A stretch of DNA of 64,000 nucleotides from Candidatus Latescibacterota bacterium (GTDB taxonomy: Bacteria; Latescibacterota; UBA2968; GCA-2709665): positions 4,160,001-4,224,000 of the forward strand of contig OZ242358.1 of NCBI GenBank assembly GCA_965208835.1, given 5' to 3'. The notes below the pieces were generated by a model. It ran no database searches. It saw nothing but the letters and a program-made list of their open reading frames with translations, and had not been told where the DNA came from. A program made the translations under genes and the position numbers. Shown here one piece after another: positions 30,401-39,403 of this stretch (its first letter is position 1; every line of letters starts with the position of its first letter).

Positions 30401-30527
30401 GCAGGGTCTCGCCGTCCGCGTCGGTCACCTGTCCGGTAATCTTGCCGTAGAAGGTCTGGGACTGCGCCGGCTCCGCCAGCAGGCATAGCGCCGTAATGAT
30501 GCCCAAAACCAAAAATCCACGCCTCAT
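27465..30527 (-). CDS. TonB-dependent receptor with carboxypeptidase-regulatory-like N-domain
   Basis: AAGGAG RBS and ATG 30527, signal peptide, GKITGQVTD..GETLPGANVVVEGT, plug GVVNIISREG, GLRFD, SPRIGLSHPIT, VFNLFN, terminal PRYVNAGVRIGF. Confidence 0.93.
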   Translation of the reverse strand: MRRGFLVLGIITALCLLAEPAQSQTFYGKITGQVTDADGETLPGANVVVEGTRFGATSDSEGYYVIIGVEPGLYTLKASIVGYEAVIRERVKVAAGLTTVSDFTLRESALEAAEIVVRAERPLVEVDRTSSEAKISSQEIEQVPIIRGVREHLQYAVGTNVNDSPGNGVRIRHMSYYSMRAAQTWTFDGIELMNLDTSQQTGVRQYTNLPVTAVGEMGLVRGGADASQASSPAGVVNIISREGTRIYRGGLDLRVELPGKRHRGANIYDATPGQRGGANGYWRDRLQWNNPEWVNEQDPETGQQIHVKQDYESSVGHFVEGWVSGPLGENATFVVSGKTSRAKINLPAPTLTGLRQHSIFGKISFTPSPNLKVKVGFNQSNEPTFFGDANRSVGGNLFLINGTTGYQQNRVNRIFYVTGTQSINPRMFHEFQVGYYGTKTDPGEDVDATTTSWRRDKLGQFNIDRERRRIVVEDNNRYSLRYDFTGQLTRRNLFKAGFVFQNMSNLNWDYNRSSATNATLKIMAGNSEPGKRYTVNRLAAYVDEKLEFQGLVLHAGLRFDSFWGGPERTLSGFMKALPGWRTYKAWRTGRVPLAKTRPMTSLSPRIGLSHPITERSTVRYSYGVYYKPPQFSLLWLEPWTTSDAQNHPELDDVWFDLNWIGGGQWRLDGGYQNPGGLPSTAEFEVTGEWNFVSDFVMELSTYYRRTERVGSGGVHRFSDPVQTLTYVGHRGPNARLETKGIEMGFTKAFSNNFSFRVGLDVSWVLFNWSGGSQLQVTTFPDSNFIASSKYFTVDANDEIVRLTDDEIRTIGHRANEAIRKKQADGTTFVGGWGTNRLDAIRPWSEYPGLSESEKQEMQNLWFEDVWRQVDAFRGQPPTTNASFQFLWSTPMDWGPGEEIGGAKILGGIQANVVWRLDNGRQFQITLPGTSVQTVRNRPIFVRTDLNFQKSFRIGETTPTLYAEVFNLFNTFYDGSSGSNYVRWGLKKPTPNDTNYLKYGDSNFRRGGTPRYVNAGVRIGF

Positions 30528-30673
30528 ACGCCAACTCCTTAGCTGATAGATCCGTGTAAGATCCGACCGTCGTACTCTCCTTGCCTTGCGATCCTCTCCA
30601 TAGGCGGTGCTCCCTGTTGACAAACCGGTTGAAGTGGATTCAAACAGTCTTAAGCGGAGCTCCGGAGAGGGGT

Positions 30674-31339
30674 TCATTCGCCCGCGCCGAAGTCCCCCGC
30701 GAAGCTGACAAAGTCCAGGAAGTTGATGGTGTCGTCTCCGTTCAGGTCGAAAACCGGATTGAATTCCGGGTCGCCCCGGCTCCTTCCGAATGCCGCTGCG
30801 AAACTCTCGAAGTCTGAATAGTCGACCTTCCCGTCCGCGTTGAAGTCCGACCGGTGACGCGAAGTCACGGGAATGCTGCTGAAGACTCCGGGATTGCTCA
30901 ACGACAGGATCCGTCCCGGCGCCGGGTCGCCGACCCGCCATGCGCCTGTCGGATCGCCGAGTTCCATGCCGTTCGTGAATCCGTCCCTGTCGGAGTCGAG
31001 CAACGCCAGGCTTGGCCCCCACACCACGTTTCCGGAATACCCGGCCTGGGACAGAAACCCGCTCTTTATCGTCACACCGAAGGCGTTCAGAGGGCCCCCG
31101 CCGCCCGTGTACGTGTGGCAACTGGCGCAGATCGCGTCGCCTTCGTCTACGGCTTCATGCGTCAACTCGGATAGCGGGATGTCCAGCCTTGTCGTTGTCC
31201 TGCCCCTGTCGACGTGGCAGGTGCGGCACCGGGCCGCGTTGGCGTTGGGGACCTGAAAAACCCTTTTGGGCCGCGCCTCGGTTTCCGGGCGGACCAGGAA
31301 TACGAGTATGAGCACAAACGCTGCGGTCCGGGCGCTCAT
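30674..31339 (-). CDS. Small secreted protein: two CxxCH motifs, temptin-like segment, dockerin/EF-hand tail
   Basis: Signal peptide. CRTCH and CASCH; GGGPLNAFG...W...LDSDRDGFTNGMELGDP; DFNADGKVDYSDF and DLNGDDTINFLDF. Confidence 0.8.
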   Translation of the reverse strand: MSARTAAFVLILVFLVRPETEARPKRVFQVPNANAARCRTCHVDRGRTTTRLDIPLSELTHEAVDEGDAICASCHTYTGGGGPLNAFGVTIKSGFLSQAGYSGNVVWGPSLALLDSDRDGFTNGMELGDPTGAWRVGDPAPGRILSLSNPGVFSSIPVTSRHRSDFNADGKVDYSDFESFAAAFGRSRGDPEFNPVFDLNGDDTINFLDFVSFAGDFGAGE

Positions 31340-32077
31340 TTATCGCATGAAGTACTTGACGCCGACCATCAGGTTGAAACTGAAAATCGGAAACGTCTTC
31401 TTCAGTTCCCAGTCTTCGTAGGGCCTCAATTCGCCCATGGATACGTTCCAGCGGACCCTGAAATCCACGAGAAACTGATCGGACGTGCGCCGGTAGAAGC
31501 CCAGCCCGGTGTTGATGGACAGCGCAACGTCCTCGTCCACCGTGGTTTCCACCATGCCCTGTGCATCCGTCCGGATCTGTTCACCCACCTGCCCCGGCCA
31601 GATCAGACCCGATACCTCGTGGGTATACCTTAAAAACCCGATGCCGGCCGCAATGTACGGAACGCTCTGCCCGACTTGGTCGGGCTTGAGACTGCGCAAT
31701 CCGTTGACCACGATGCCGCCGATCCACATATTTGCCTCGGCGCCGGGACTCTTTATCCTGGATCCGTTCGCGGCCCCGAGACCGTTGTGCCAGGTGAACT
31801 GCCGGTCGGACAGACCGGCGTCCGTCAGCGGCGAGTATGTCAATTCCACTTCCGTCATCGTTCTGTCGGACACCTGGTACGTCAACTGCCCGACAAACGC
31901 CGGCGAAATATTGTACCAGCCCTTGAGCGGCCCGGCGGGCCTCAGCATGGATCCGTGGACGCCAAGCGCGTAGCGCATCTCCTGAGCATGCGTGGCGGAC
32001 GTGATGCCGAGTCCGAACAGAATAAACGCGCCCAGTACCGGGACGAGCGCCAATCTGAGAATGTCCGTTGCCTTCAT
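31340..32077 (-). CDS. Outer-membrane beta-barrel protein (OmpW/OmpA-like)
   Basis: Signal peptide, PYIAAGIG, alternating beta pattern, ends GVKYF. GGAGG RBS. Confidence 0.8.
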   Translation of the reverse strand: MKATDILRLALVPVLGAFILFGLGITSATHAQEMRYALGVHGSMLRPAGPLKGWYNISPAFVGQLTYQVSDRTMTEVELTYSPLTDAGLSDRQFTWHNGLGAANGSRIKSPGAEANMWIGGIVVNGLRSLKPDQVGQSVPYIAAGIGFLRYTHEVSGLIWPGQVGEQIRTDAQGMVETTVDEDVALSINTGLGFYRRTSDQFLVDFRVRWNVSMGELRPYEDWELKKTFPIFSFNLMVGVKYFMR

Positions 32078-32765
32078 AACTTCGGACCTCCTTTCGAACT
32101 ACGGCCGTATGTTGACCTGTTTACTTGCATGTAAGGATGGATTCCGTCAATCGGCAAGGCGCCTCAGGAATCCCTCGCCGGCCATCCCTGAAGCATCTCA
32201 CCGATACTGAATATAAGCCGGGATTAACATAAAACAAAGAGAAAATCGACTGCTTATTATAGTTCGGATTAATTTAACTGAACGAAGATCTGCATTGGCA
32301 GCTGACCGGGACAAAGTGACCGGTGGAACAAAAAACGACACACCCGCGGTAGGTCATCAGGAAGTCGCGATTGCCTTTCCCGGGAGCGAGGGCATCCCTG
32401 CCCTCGACGGCGAATTCGCGAGGCCTATGAGCTATAATTCCAGATGTGGTTGCGGATGGAAGGGAAGCCATAGGCCCTTGATATGGAGATTCGGTCGGTT
32501 GCTGGAAGTTCGAGGGCAGGGATGCCCTCGCTCCGGATACTTGCAAATCAGGGACTGATACAGGGCAGGATCGCCCTGGTGCCAGGGATGTCATATCAGT
32601 TATCGCGTGGACTCAAGCATACTGCTGATAAGATGCAAGGAGGCAATAGGCCCTCGATGCGGGTATGGTTTTTGTCTGTGCCTGTTCGAGGTCCTGACGT
32701 ATCTTTTGCTGCGTCAGAACACGAAGCAGGTCCCAAGTCGTCAAAAGTGGAAGAGGACGGATCTC

Positions 32766-34250
32766 ATGGAGCGGGTTGACGGGCACGTTCTAAGGGCGCC
32801 TCTGTTTCTTGCGATCGTCTTCGCCGCAACGCTGTTCCCGGACGCGACAGGCGCGGCAACAGGAATGTCGTCGGCCGCGCGGCGGGCGCTGGAGGCCGGG
32901 CTGGAACTCGCCGGTGCGGGAAGGCTGGAAGACGCGTCTCGCGAAATGGCGCGCGCGGCGGAACTGGCGCCCCGGTCTGCTGAGGTCTGGCACAATTTCG
33001 GCATCCTTCGCGCGCAGATGGGCCGGCTGGAAGCGGCCGCGGAAATGCTGGAACGCGCGGCCCGTCTGGAGCCGGATTACCGGCACACCCACGTGGTGCT
33101 CGGCGCCGTCTACCAGCGTATGGGGCGGCTTCAGGATGCGGGACGCGCATACCGTCGCGCGGCGGACCTTGCTCCGGACCTGCCGGACGCGCACCGGGCC
33201 CTCGGCATTCTCGCGGTTGAGCGAAACGACCTCGCTGAGGCGGCGGCCGCATTCAGGCGAGCTGTGACACTGGCGCCCCGCAGCGCAGAGCTTCAATACC
33301 GGCTGGGCGCGGTCGAATTAAAGCTCGGCAACGGCACGGATGGCGAATCGGCCCTGAAGCGGGCCGTCGTCCTGAAACCCGACCTGCTGCCGGCCTGGCT
33401 GGAACTGGCAGCTCACTACAAACGCCGGCGCGACCTGGGCAAAGCGCTGGAGGCGTACGACCGTGCTGCGGTTCTCGACCCCGCCTCGGCGGCCGCGTGG
33501 CTCGGGGTGGGGGACATTGAAGCCGCCAATGACAACGCTTCCCGTGCCGCCGACGCCTTCCGGAAGGCGGAAAGAGCGGACCCGTCGAAACCCGAGGCTC
33601 CCTTCCTGCTCGGCCGTTCGCTGATGGTTCTGGGTCGGACCGCTGAGGCCGTTCCGGCGTTCAAGCGGGCAATCCGGCTGGCGGGCGACTTCGCAGATGC
33701 GCGATCGGCCCTTGCCGAGGCATACGCCGCTCTCGGGGAGGACAGGAGAGCCGTCGATTCGTACCGTGAGGCCGTCCGGTACGCGCCGTCACACGCGGGC
33801 GCCTGGTTCGGGATGGGTGACGTTCTGCTGAGGATGGGCAGGCTTACCGAAGCGGAAGCGGCATTCCGGCGGGCGATCGCGCTGGACCCGGATCACGCAC
33901 GCGCCCGCTACTGCCTGGGGCGCGCATTCATGCTTCAGGGACGTCACGAGGAAGGGAAACGGGAACTGGCGGAATTCGAGCGGCTGTCCCGGGAAGCGCA
34001 CACGCTGGACGTACTGGAGCGGGCGGCCCTGCGCCATCCCGAAAACCCCGAACTGCACGATCGCCTCGGTCGGGTCTACGCTTCCCGGGGGCGGAACAGG
34101 GATGCCGCCGCCGCGTTCGGCCGGGCCGCCGCACTCTATGAACGGGCGGGACGACTGGATGCGGCGCGGCGGGCGCTGAAGCGCGTCCTGGCGCTGGACC
34201 CGTCGGACGAAGTCGCCCGCGCGGAACTGTCCCGACTCCGAAGGAACTGA
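32766..34250 (+). CDS. Secreted tetratricopeptide repeat protein
   Basis: Signal-like N-terminus followed by about 12 TPR units (A...F..A..L.P). GAGGA RBS before ATG 32766. Confidence 0.85.
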   Translation: MERVDGHVLRAPLFLAIVFAATLFPDATGAATGMSSAARRALEAGLELAGAGRLEDASREMARAAELAPRSAEVWHNFGILRAQMGRLEAAAEMLERAARLEPDYRHTHVVLGAVYQRMGRLQDAGRAYRRAADLAPDLPDAHRALGILAVERNDLAEAAAAFRRAVTLAPRSAELQYRLGAVELKLGNGTDGESALKRAVVLKPDLLPAWLELAAHYKRRRDLGKALEAYDRAAVLDPASAAAWLGVGDIEAANDNASRAADAFRKAERADPSKPEAPFLLGRSLMVLGRTAEAVPAFKRAIRLAGDFADARSALAEAYAALGEDRRAVDSYREAVRYAPSHAGAWFGMGDVLLRMGRLTEAEAAFRRAIALDPDHARARYCLGRAFMLQGRHEEGKRELAEFERLSREAHTLDVLERAALRHPENPELHDRLGRVYASRGRNRDAAAAFGRAAALYERAGRLDAARRALKRVLALDPSDEVARAELSRLRRN

Positions 34251-34302
34251 CCGATGCGGCGGTCGCGTCAGGCGTCCGATCCCGGAATCCGCTGCAGGCT
34301 TC

Positions 34303-35577
34303 TTAAGTGCACGGTGTCAATCGTCCGTAGAACACTTCGTTGCTGTTCTGCTCGATAGGCCCCGTCCAGTAGCAGTCTATAAAGGGCGCATGGGTTCCGC
34401 CGGCACGCATTGTGTTGGTAAAAAAGTGCCACAGCCGGGATGGCATTTCCAGCTGAACCGGTTCGCTGATCCGGTCCCACCGACCGTCTTCGCCCGTTGC
34501 GTACCAGACCCCCTCCGCGTTGCCTCTGCCCCCTCGCGTCAGGAAGTAGTGGAACCGGCCGTCCGGCGCCTGGTAGATCCGCCCTCCGTTGAAGTTGCCC
34601 ATACAGAAGTGTTCGAACGGCCCGCCCGGTTCGCCGACCGCGTGGTAGAGCCGGCTGTTTCCCGGGTCCTGCCCCCGCCCTGCCCAGACCGTGGTGGCCG
34701 GCTGCCGGTTTTCGTAGTACGTCAGGTGTACACGCCCCGGCATATCCATCATCAGGTCCTGATGATCGGTCGTGCCCCTGGCGCGCCCGTCGAACGTATC
34801 GGACACGTCGCTGATAACCGTCATCCGCCAGTCTTCGGGGGCCTCGAACACGTCCGGGCAGTAGTAATAATAGGCCTTCAGGACAGGGTAGATGCCGTGG
34901 GGCGTTTCAATCATCCTGACCTCGCCGGTCTCCCGGTCCCTCAGCTTCACGGTCTGGTTGGGATACTGGTCGCCCGCCAGAAAGTAGTCGTCGCTGGAAA
35001 TCGAATGCGCCTCCGAGCCGTTCAGCATCACGAAGTTGTAACCGCGGTTCTGCTCGTGTGTCACGCTGCCCGACGCCGCCGGACGATAGCCTGTTTCCGG
35101 GTCCAGCACGTACCAGGCCATGGTTGGAAGCCCGCCGGCGACGAAGATCCGGCCTGCGGCGTCGATCGACGCGCCGAAGCGGCTTTCGGCGGTGGCGTAT
35201 TCCTGAATTGTAAACCTGGCGACCTGGCCGGGCGGGTCGAAGATGGCGTGGTAGCTGGCGTTCTCGCCCGCGATCACGTGCAGCCGACCGGTGCCGTCCA
35301 CAAGCAGGTTGCCGTTCTGCGGCACCGGCGGCAGGGGATCGCTTGCCTCCCATCGCCCGTCGTCGACGCGCATGAACACCACAAGCGTCATGTCGTCCCG
35401 CCAGCTCAGCGCATAGACGTCCTCGCCCGCGCGGACGATGTTGGACTGGTTGTACCCCCAGCAGCTCGCGCCGCTGCCTCCGGTCTGCAGGTGGCCCGCG
35501 GTGTCCGTAATCATCTCCACTTCGAAACACGGCGACGCCGGCTGCGCATACGTCACGTGGACCCGTTCCGGACTCAT
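34303..35577 (-). CDS. Uncharacterised beta-propeller/BNR-like protein
   Basis: ATGA overlap with the upstream ABC gene, GGAGG RBS, repeated DxxGRhH blades. Confidence 0.7.
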   Translation of the reverse strand: MSPERVHVTYAQPASPCFEVEMITDTAGHLQTGGSGASCWGYNQSNIVRAGEDVYALSWRDDMTLVVFMRVDDGRWEASDPLPPVPQNGNLLVDGTGRLHVIAGENASYHAIFDPPGQVARFTIQEYATAESRFGASIDAAGRIFVAGGLPTMAWYVLDPETGYRPAASGSVTHEQNRGYNFVMLNGSEAHSISSDDYFLAGDQYPNQTVKLRDRETGEVRMIETPHGIYPVLKAYYYYCPDVFEAPEDWRMTVISDVSDTFDGRARGTTDHQDLMMDMPGRVHLTYYENRQPATTVWAGRGQDPGNSRLYHAVGEPGGPFEHFCMGNFNGGRIYQAPDGRFHYFLTRGGRGNAEGVWYATGEDGRWDRISEPVQLEMPSRLWHFFTNTMRAGGTHAPFIDCYWTGPIEQNSNEVFYGRLTPCT

Positions 35578-36533
35578 TCGTTTCCTCCTTCCGTGAGAAA
35601 GCACGCGGCCTGATGTCCCGGCTCGACCTGCATCAGTTGCGGCGTCTCCTGACTGCACCGGTCCATGCGATAAGGGCACCTCGGATGAAAAGCACAGCCC
35701 GTCGGGGGATCGATCGGGCTCGGTACCTCCCCCTCCAGGATGATCCGCTCCGACTGGACATCCGGGTCGAGACGCGGAGCCGACGACAGCAGAATCCGCG
35801 TATACGGATGGTGTGCCCCGCCATACAGCGCTTCCGTCGGCCCGATCTCCACGAGCTTTCCGAGGTACATGACTCCCACGACGTCCGAGAGATGCTCGAC
35901 GACTTTCAGATCGTGAGAAATGAACAGGTACGCCAGACCGAAGCGTTCCTGAAGGGATTCCAGAAGGTTCAGAATCTGCGCCTGGATGGAAAGATCCAGC
36001 GAGGAGACGGGCTCGTCGCAGATCACGAACTGGGGTTGCAATGCCAGCGCGCGGGCGATGGCGACGCGCTGCTGCTGCCCGCCGGAGAACTCGTGCGGAA
36101 ACGCGTCCGCGAACCGCCTCCCCACGCCGACGAGGTCCAGCAACCGTCCGACCGATTGCTCCCGTTCCTGCTTTGTGCCCACCCTGTGGATCTTCAGGGC
36201 GTCCCCCACAATGTCGCCCACGCTCATCATCGGGTTCAGAGACGCCAGAGGGTCCTGAAACACAATCTGCATTTCCCTCCGAAGCGCGCGCAGTTCGCGG
36301 CCGGATAGCGCGCTCACGTCCCGCCCCTCGAAATACACGCTTCCCGCGGTGGGCTCGTGCAGTCTCAGGACCGCGCGGGCGAGGGTCGACTTGCCGCAGC
36401 CGCTTTCTCCGACCAGTCCGAAGGTCTGGTTCCGGTGGATCTGAAACGTCACCCCGTCCACGGCCTTCACCACGTCCCGGCCCTGGTGGAAATGCATCTT
36501 CAGGTCCACAACCCGCAACATCGGTTCCGACAT
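35574..36533 (-). CDS. oppF: Oligopeptide/dipeptide ABC transporter ATP-binding subunit (OppF/DppF type)
   Basis: GESGCGKST, FSGGQQQR, CDEPVSSLD, HPYT, CAFHPRC. Confidence 0.93.
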   Translation of the reverse strand: MSEPMLRVVDLKMHFHQGRDVVKAVDGVTFQIHRNQTFGLVGESGCGKSTLARAVLRLHEPTAGSVYFEGRDVSALSGRELRALRREMQIVFQDPLASLNPMMSVGDIVGDALKIHRVGTKQEREQSVGRLLDLVGVGRRFADAFPHEFSGGQQQRVAIARALALQPQFVICDEPVSSLDLSIQAQILNLLESLQERFGLAYLFISHDLKVVEHLSDVVGVMYLGKLVEIGPTEALYGGAHHPYTRILLSSAPRLDPDVQSERIILEGEVPSPIDPPTGCAFHPRCPYRMDRCSQETPQLMQVEPGHQAACFLTEGGNE

Positions 36534-36575
36534 AGCGTCGTCCGTTAACCTCGATTCAAAATGAGACAACAGTCA

Positions 36576-36810
36576 AATTGGCCACAAAGAGCCTGAATGC
36601 GGGTAGACGCAGACCAAAAGCGGTGAGACGTAAGCCGGGAGAGGTTAGAGATGTCCTGCCTCGTGAGGATTCTTTTCGTGCCGAAGGCAGCGAGGAATTA
36701 AATATCGGGCGAGGATACCATCTACCGTCTACCCTCTCACCTCTACCCGCCTTTCTTCTACCGTCTTACGTCTCCCGCCTACCCGGTTTTCTCCCCGTCT
36801 ACCGGCTCCC
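36576..36810. repeat. 77-bp dyad element with heptamer arms, copy B (core 36647-36723, reversed orientation)
   Basis: Core matches the family. Left flank AATTGGCCACAAAnAGCCTGARTGCGGGTAGACG is shared with copy J. Confidence 0.9.
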
Positions 36811-37058
36811 CTCTTACCAGGTTGCGGGCCGGGGTGTGGAGATCGGGAATAGGGTTTGAAACCCGAATAAACGCGACGTATATTGGAACGGCAACTTCAT
36901 GCGTTTCAATTTGTTCCCGGCATCCCCGGCACGACGCCGAAAAGTAGGTCCGGGTACCCTCGGATGCAAGCACAATCATGGCCTCCTAACGCTGCTGACG
37001 CCCCGGGGAACGACGTGACTGGGTTCACACAACGAACCGACACTGAAAGGATCGTCTC

Positions 37059-39386
37059 ATGGCCGTAGATATCACGCTGGCGAACGAAATCCGGGTGCCG
37101 CGCCGCGGAGAGTGGCTGTGCAGGGGACTCCCGTTCCCGGAGGGATCTCTGACGGATTCCGCGAGGCTGACCCTGAAGGACGAGACGGGCCAGGTCCTGC
37201 CTCTCGCATCGGAAGTGTTGGCACGATGGCCTGACGGGTCCCTGAAGTGGGTGCTGCTTCAGTTTCCGGTACACTTTGACCGCAATGGACGGAAGCACTA
37301 TGCGCTGACGTGGGCGGAGGACTCCCGGGAACCCGATACGGGACCCGGGATTTCGGTTTCGGAGACAGAGGCGGGAATCGAGGTCGACAACGGCGTTCTG
37401 CGATTTGTACTTCCTGCTTCCGGAAAGGCGTTCCTGGTCGGGTGCAGCAGGAAAGACCGGGCGTGTATCCGAACGGTCAGCGCACAGATCGAAGACGAAT
37501 CCGGCGTCGTATACTCGAGCCGGCTCGAGGGAGAACCCCGTATTGAGAGGTCCACCGGCAAGATGCTGGTTGTGAGCAGGAAGGGCACGCACCGTGACGA
37601 GGCCGGTCGAAAGCTGTTTTCGCTCGTCTTCCGGGTAACGGTATTCGCGGGCGCCGAGGACCTGGAGGTGGAGTACCAGTTCATCCACGATGAGCCCTAC
37701 CGGGACGTTCCGGAACGCCTGAAACTGGCCCAGGGTATCGGTACCCCGAGCGTGGACCTGGAAAGTCCGCGTCTGCGGCAGCTGCGGGCGGTGCGGCTTG
37801 TCGTGGAACACGCCATCGGCGGCGCCGACGAATTCACAACCTGTCCCATCGCCACGGTCGGGAACCAGGGACTGATCACGTCGGCCCGACCGATTCGGGG
37901 TTTGTTGACCGAGGCCCCGCGTACGGCCATGTACGACGCCATGATCGACGCCGACGTGAACGACGGCGAAACGCAGGTTGGCCGGTCGCACGGGTGGGTT
38001 TCCGCAGGGGACGGCGAGGGCGGGGTCGCGGCCTCGGTCCGGAAGTTCGTCCAGCAGTGGCCCAAGGGGTTTTCCGCGGACGCCAACAAGATTGTTCTGG
38101 ATCTCTGGCCCGAAGCCGCGGGGCCGCTCGCGATCTTCCAGGGGCAGGCCAAGTCGCATCAGGTCAAGCTGCGCGCCTACACGGGCGACGCCGCCCAGGC
38201 GCGACTGGCGGACTGGCACTTCGCGTATCAGTTTCCCGTGGTCTTTTCTTCTCCGGACTGGTTTATCGACTCCGGCGCGGTCGGGCCCGTTTTCCGCTAT
38301 CAGCCTGGGAAATACAAGGGCATCGAACAGAAGTTCCGCCTGGAATTCGAGCAATTCCTGGGATACGACCGGCGCCTGGGGATGATGGACTACGGCGACT
38401 ACGAGCAGTTGATGAGTGCTTCGTGGGGACGCCTGGATTTCATGGCCAATTGTGAACACGACTTCGGCCAGACCGTGTACCTCCAGCTTGTACGCACCGG
38501 CAATTACCTCTATCTCGACGCCTTCGAATCCGCGATCCGGCACGTGATGGATCTGGACATCATACACTTCGACGATCACTTCGACGAGCAGGGCGGATGG
38601 ACCGCACATGGCGCTTTTCACGTCGGGGCGGACGGGAAGCCGAACTGCCACCTCTCGCACATGTGGGCGGAGGGATTTCTGTCTTACTACTATTATTCCG
38701 GGTATACTCCGGCGCTGGAGTCCGCGCGCGGCGTGGCGGATCTGATCTGCAGGAAGGTGGCGGGGGGCGGCGGGCGGCGCGGCGCGAGGGACCGGGGGTG
38801 GCCGTTGATCGCGCTGTGCAGCGTGTACCGGGCAACCGGGGAAGAGCGGTACGCGGAGGTTGCGGAGACGATTGCGGCTTCTTTTACTGAGGGACCGGAC
38901 CCGCTGGAACCCAACGGCGGCTGCAGCGGCGGCTGGGGCCCCATCCCCTACCAGCAGGCGGTGATGGGCAGCATCGCCGCCACCGGGCTGGCGTACCACT
39001 TCCAGACCTTCGGAAATCCCGTCAGCAGGGAATCGTTCCTGAGGTTGTGCGACTTTCTGGCAAGCGAGGACGTTCGCACGCCTGAAGGGCTCTATCTGTC
39101 CATGCCCGGAAACGAGACGCCGATGAGCTACATCGGTTTTTCCGCCCTCCGGGAGAGTATCGGCTACGCATGGGAAATCACCGGCGACGAAAAGTACGTG
39201 CACGCCGGCCTGCGGGACATCGAAATGAACATGATTTCGACCTTCACGTCCGTAGGGCATCTCGAGAAGACGAGATTCGGGTGCGAGGTCGTCCGCGCGA
39301 CTGGCGACTCCATCAGCGTCATCTGGCGCGATCTGCTTCGATTTTTCGATTACGCGGACCGCGCCGGGCTGCTGCGGGATTTTTAG
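37059..39386 (+). CDS. PcRGLX/YetA-like (PL26 exo-rhamnogalacturonan lyase-like) protein
   Basis: GLPFPEG...LARWPDGSLKW N-domain, then GMMDYGD, NCEHD, HVMDLD, SHMWAEG, RDRGW in an alpha/alpha toroid region. No signal peptide. Confidence 0.75.
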   Translation: MAVDITLANEIRVPRRGEWLCRGLPFPEGSLTDSARLTLKDETGQVLPLASEVLARWPDGSLKWVLLQFPVHFDRNGRKHYALTWAEDSREPDTGPGISVSETEAGIEVDNGVLRFVLPASGKAFLVGCSRKDRACIRTVSAQIEDESGVVYSSRLEGEPRIERSTGKMLVVSRKGTHRDEAGRKLFSLVFRVTVFAGAEDLEVEYQFIHDEPYRDVPERLKLAQGIGTPSVDLESPRLRQLRAVRLVVEHAIGGADEFTTCPIATVGNQGLITSARPIRGLLTEAPRTAMYDAMIDADVNDGETQVGRSHGWVSAGDGEGGVAASVRKFVQQWPKGFSADANKIVLDLWPEAAGPLAIFQGQAKSHQVKLRAYTGDAAQARLADWHFAYQFPVVFSSPDWFIDSGAVGPVFRYQPGKYKGIEQKFRLEFEQFLGYDRRLGMMDYGDYEQLMSASWGRLDFMANCEHDFGQTVYLQLVRTGNYLYLDAFESAIRHVMDLDIIHFDDHFDEQGGWTAHGAFHVGADGKPNCHLSHMWAEGFLSYYYYSGYTPALESARGVADLICRKVAGGGGRRGARDRGWPLIALCSVYRATGEERYAEVAETIAASFTEGPDPLEPNGGCSGGWGPIPYQQAVMGSIAATGLAYHFQTFGNPVSRESFLRLCDFLASEDVRTPEGLYLSMPGNETPMSYIGFSALRESIGYAWEITGDEKYVHAGLRDIEMNMISTFTSVGHLEKTRFGCEVVRATGDSISVIWRDLLRFFDYADRAGLLRDF

Positions 39387-39403
39387 CTGCGGGAGATCCG
39401 ACC

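Noticed and set aside
30528-31121. N-terminal 200 aa of the 1218 aa receptor ORF (likewise the extensions of 11105-12862 and 42354-44981)
   Set aside because: They overlap genuine upstream genes; RBS and signal peptides mark starts at 30527, 12445 and 44363.
32078-32765. Riboswitch or ncRNA in the long divergent intergenic region
   Set aside because: No SAM, cobalamin or TPP consensus recognisable by eye; only an isolated TATAAT without a good -35.
3122-39260. Long opposite-strand ORFs (3122-5044, 10019-12094, 16972-18657, 36906-39260 and similar)
   Set aside because: Typical high-GC antisense shadows of motif-bearing genes; no recognisable domains.
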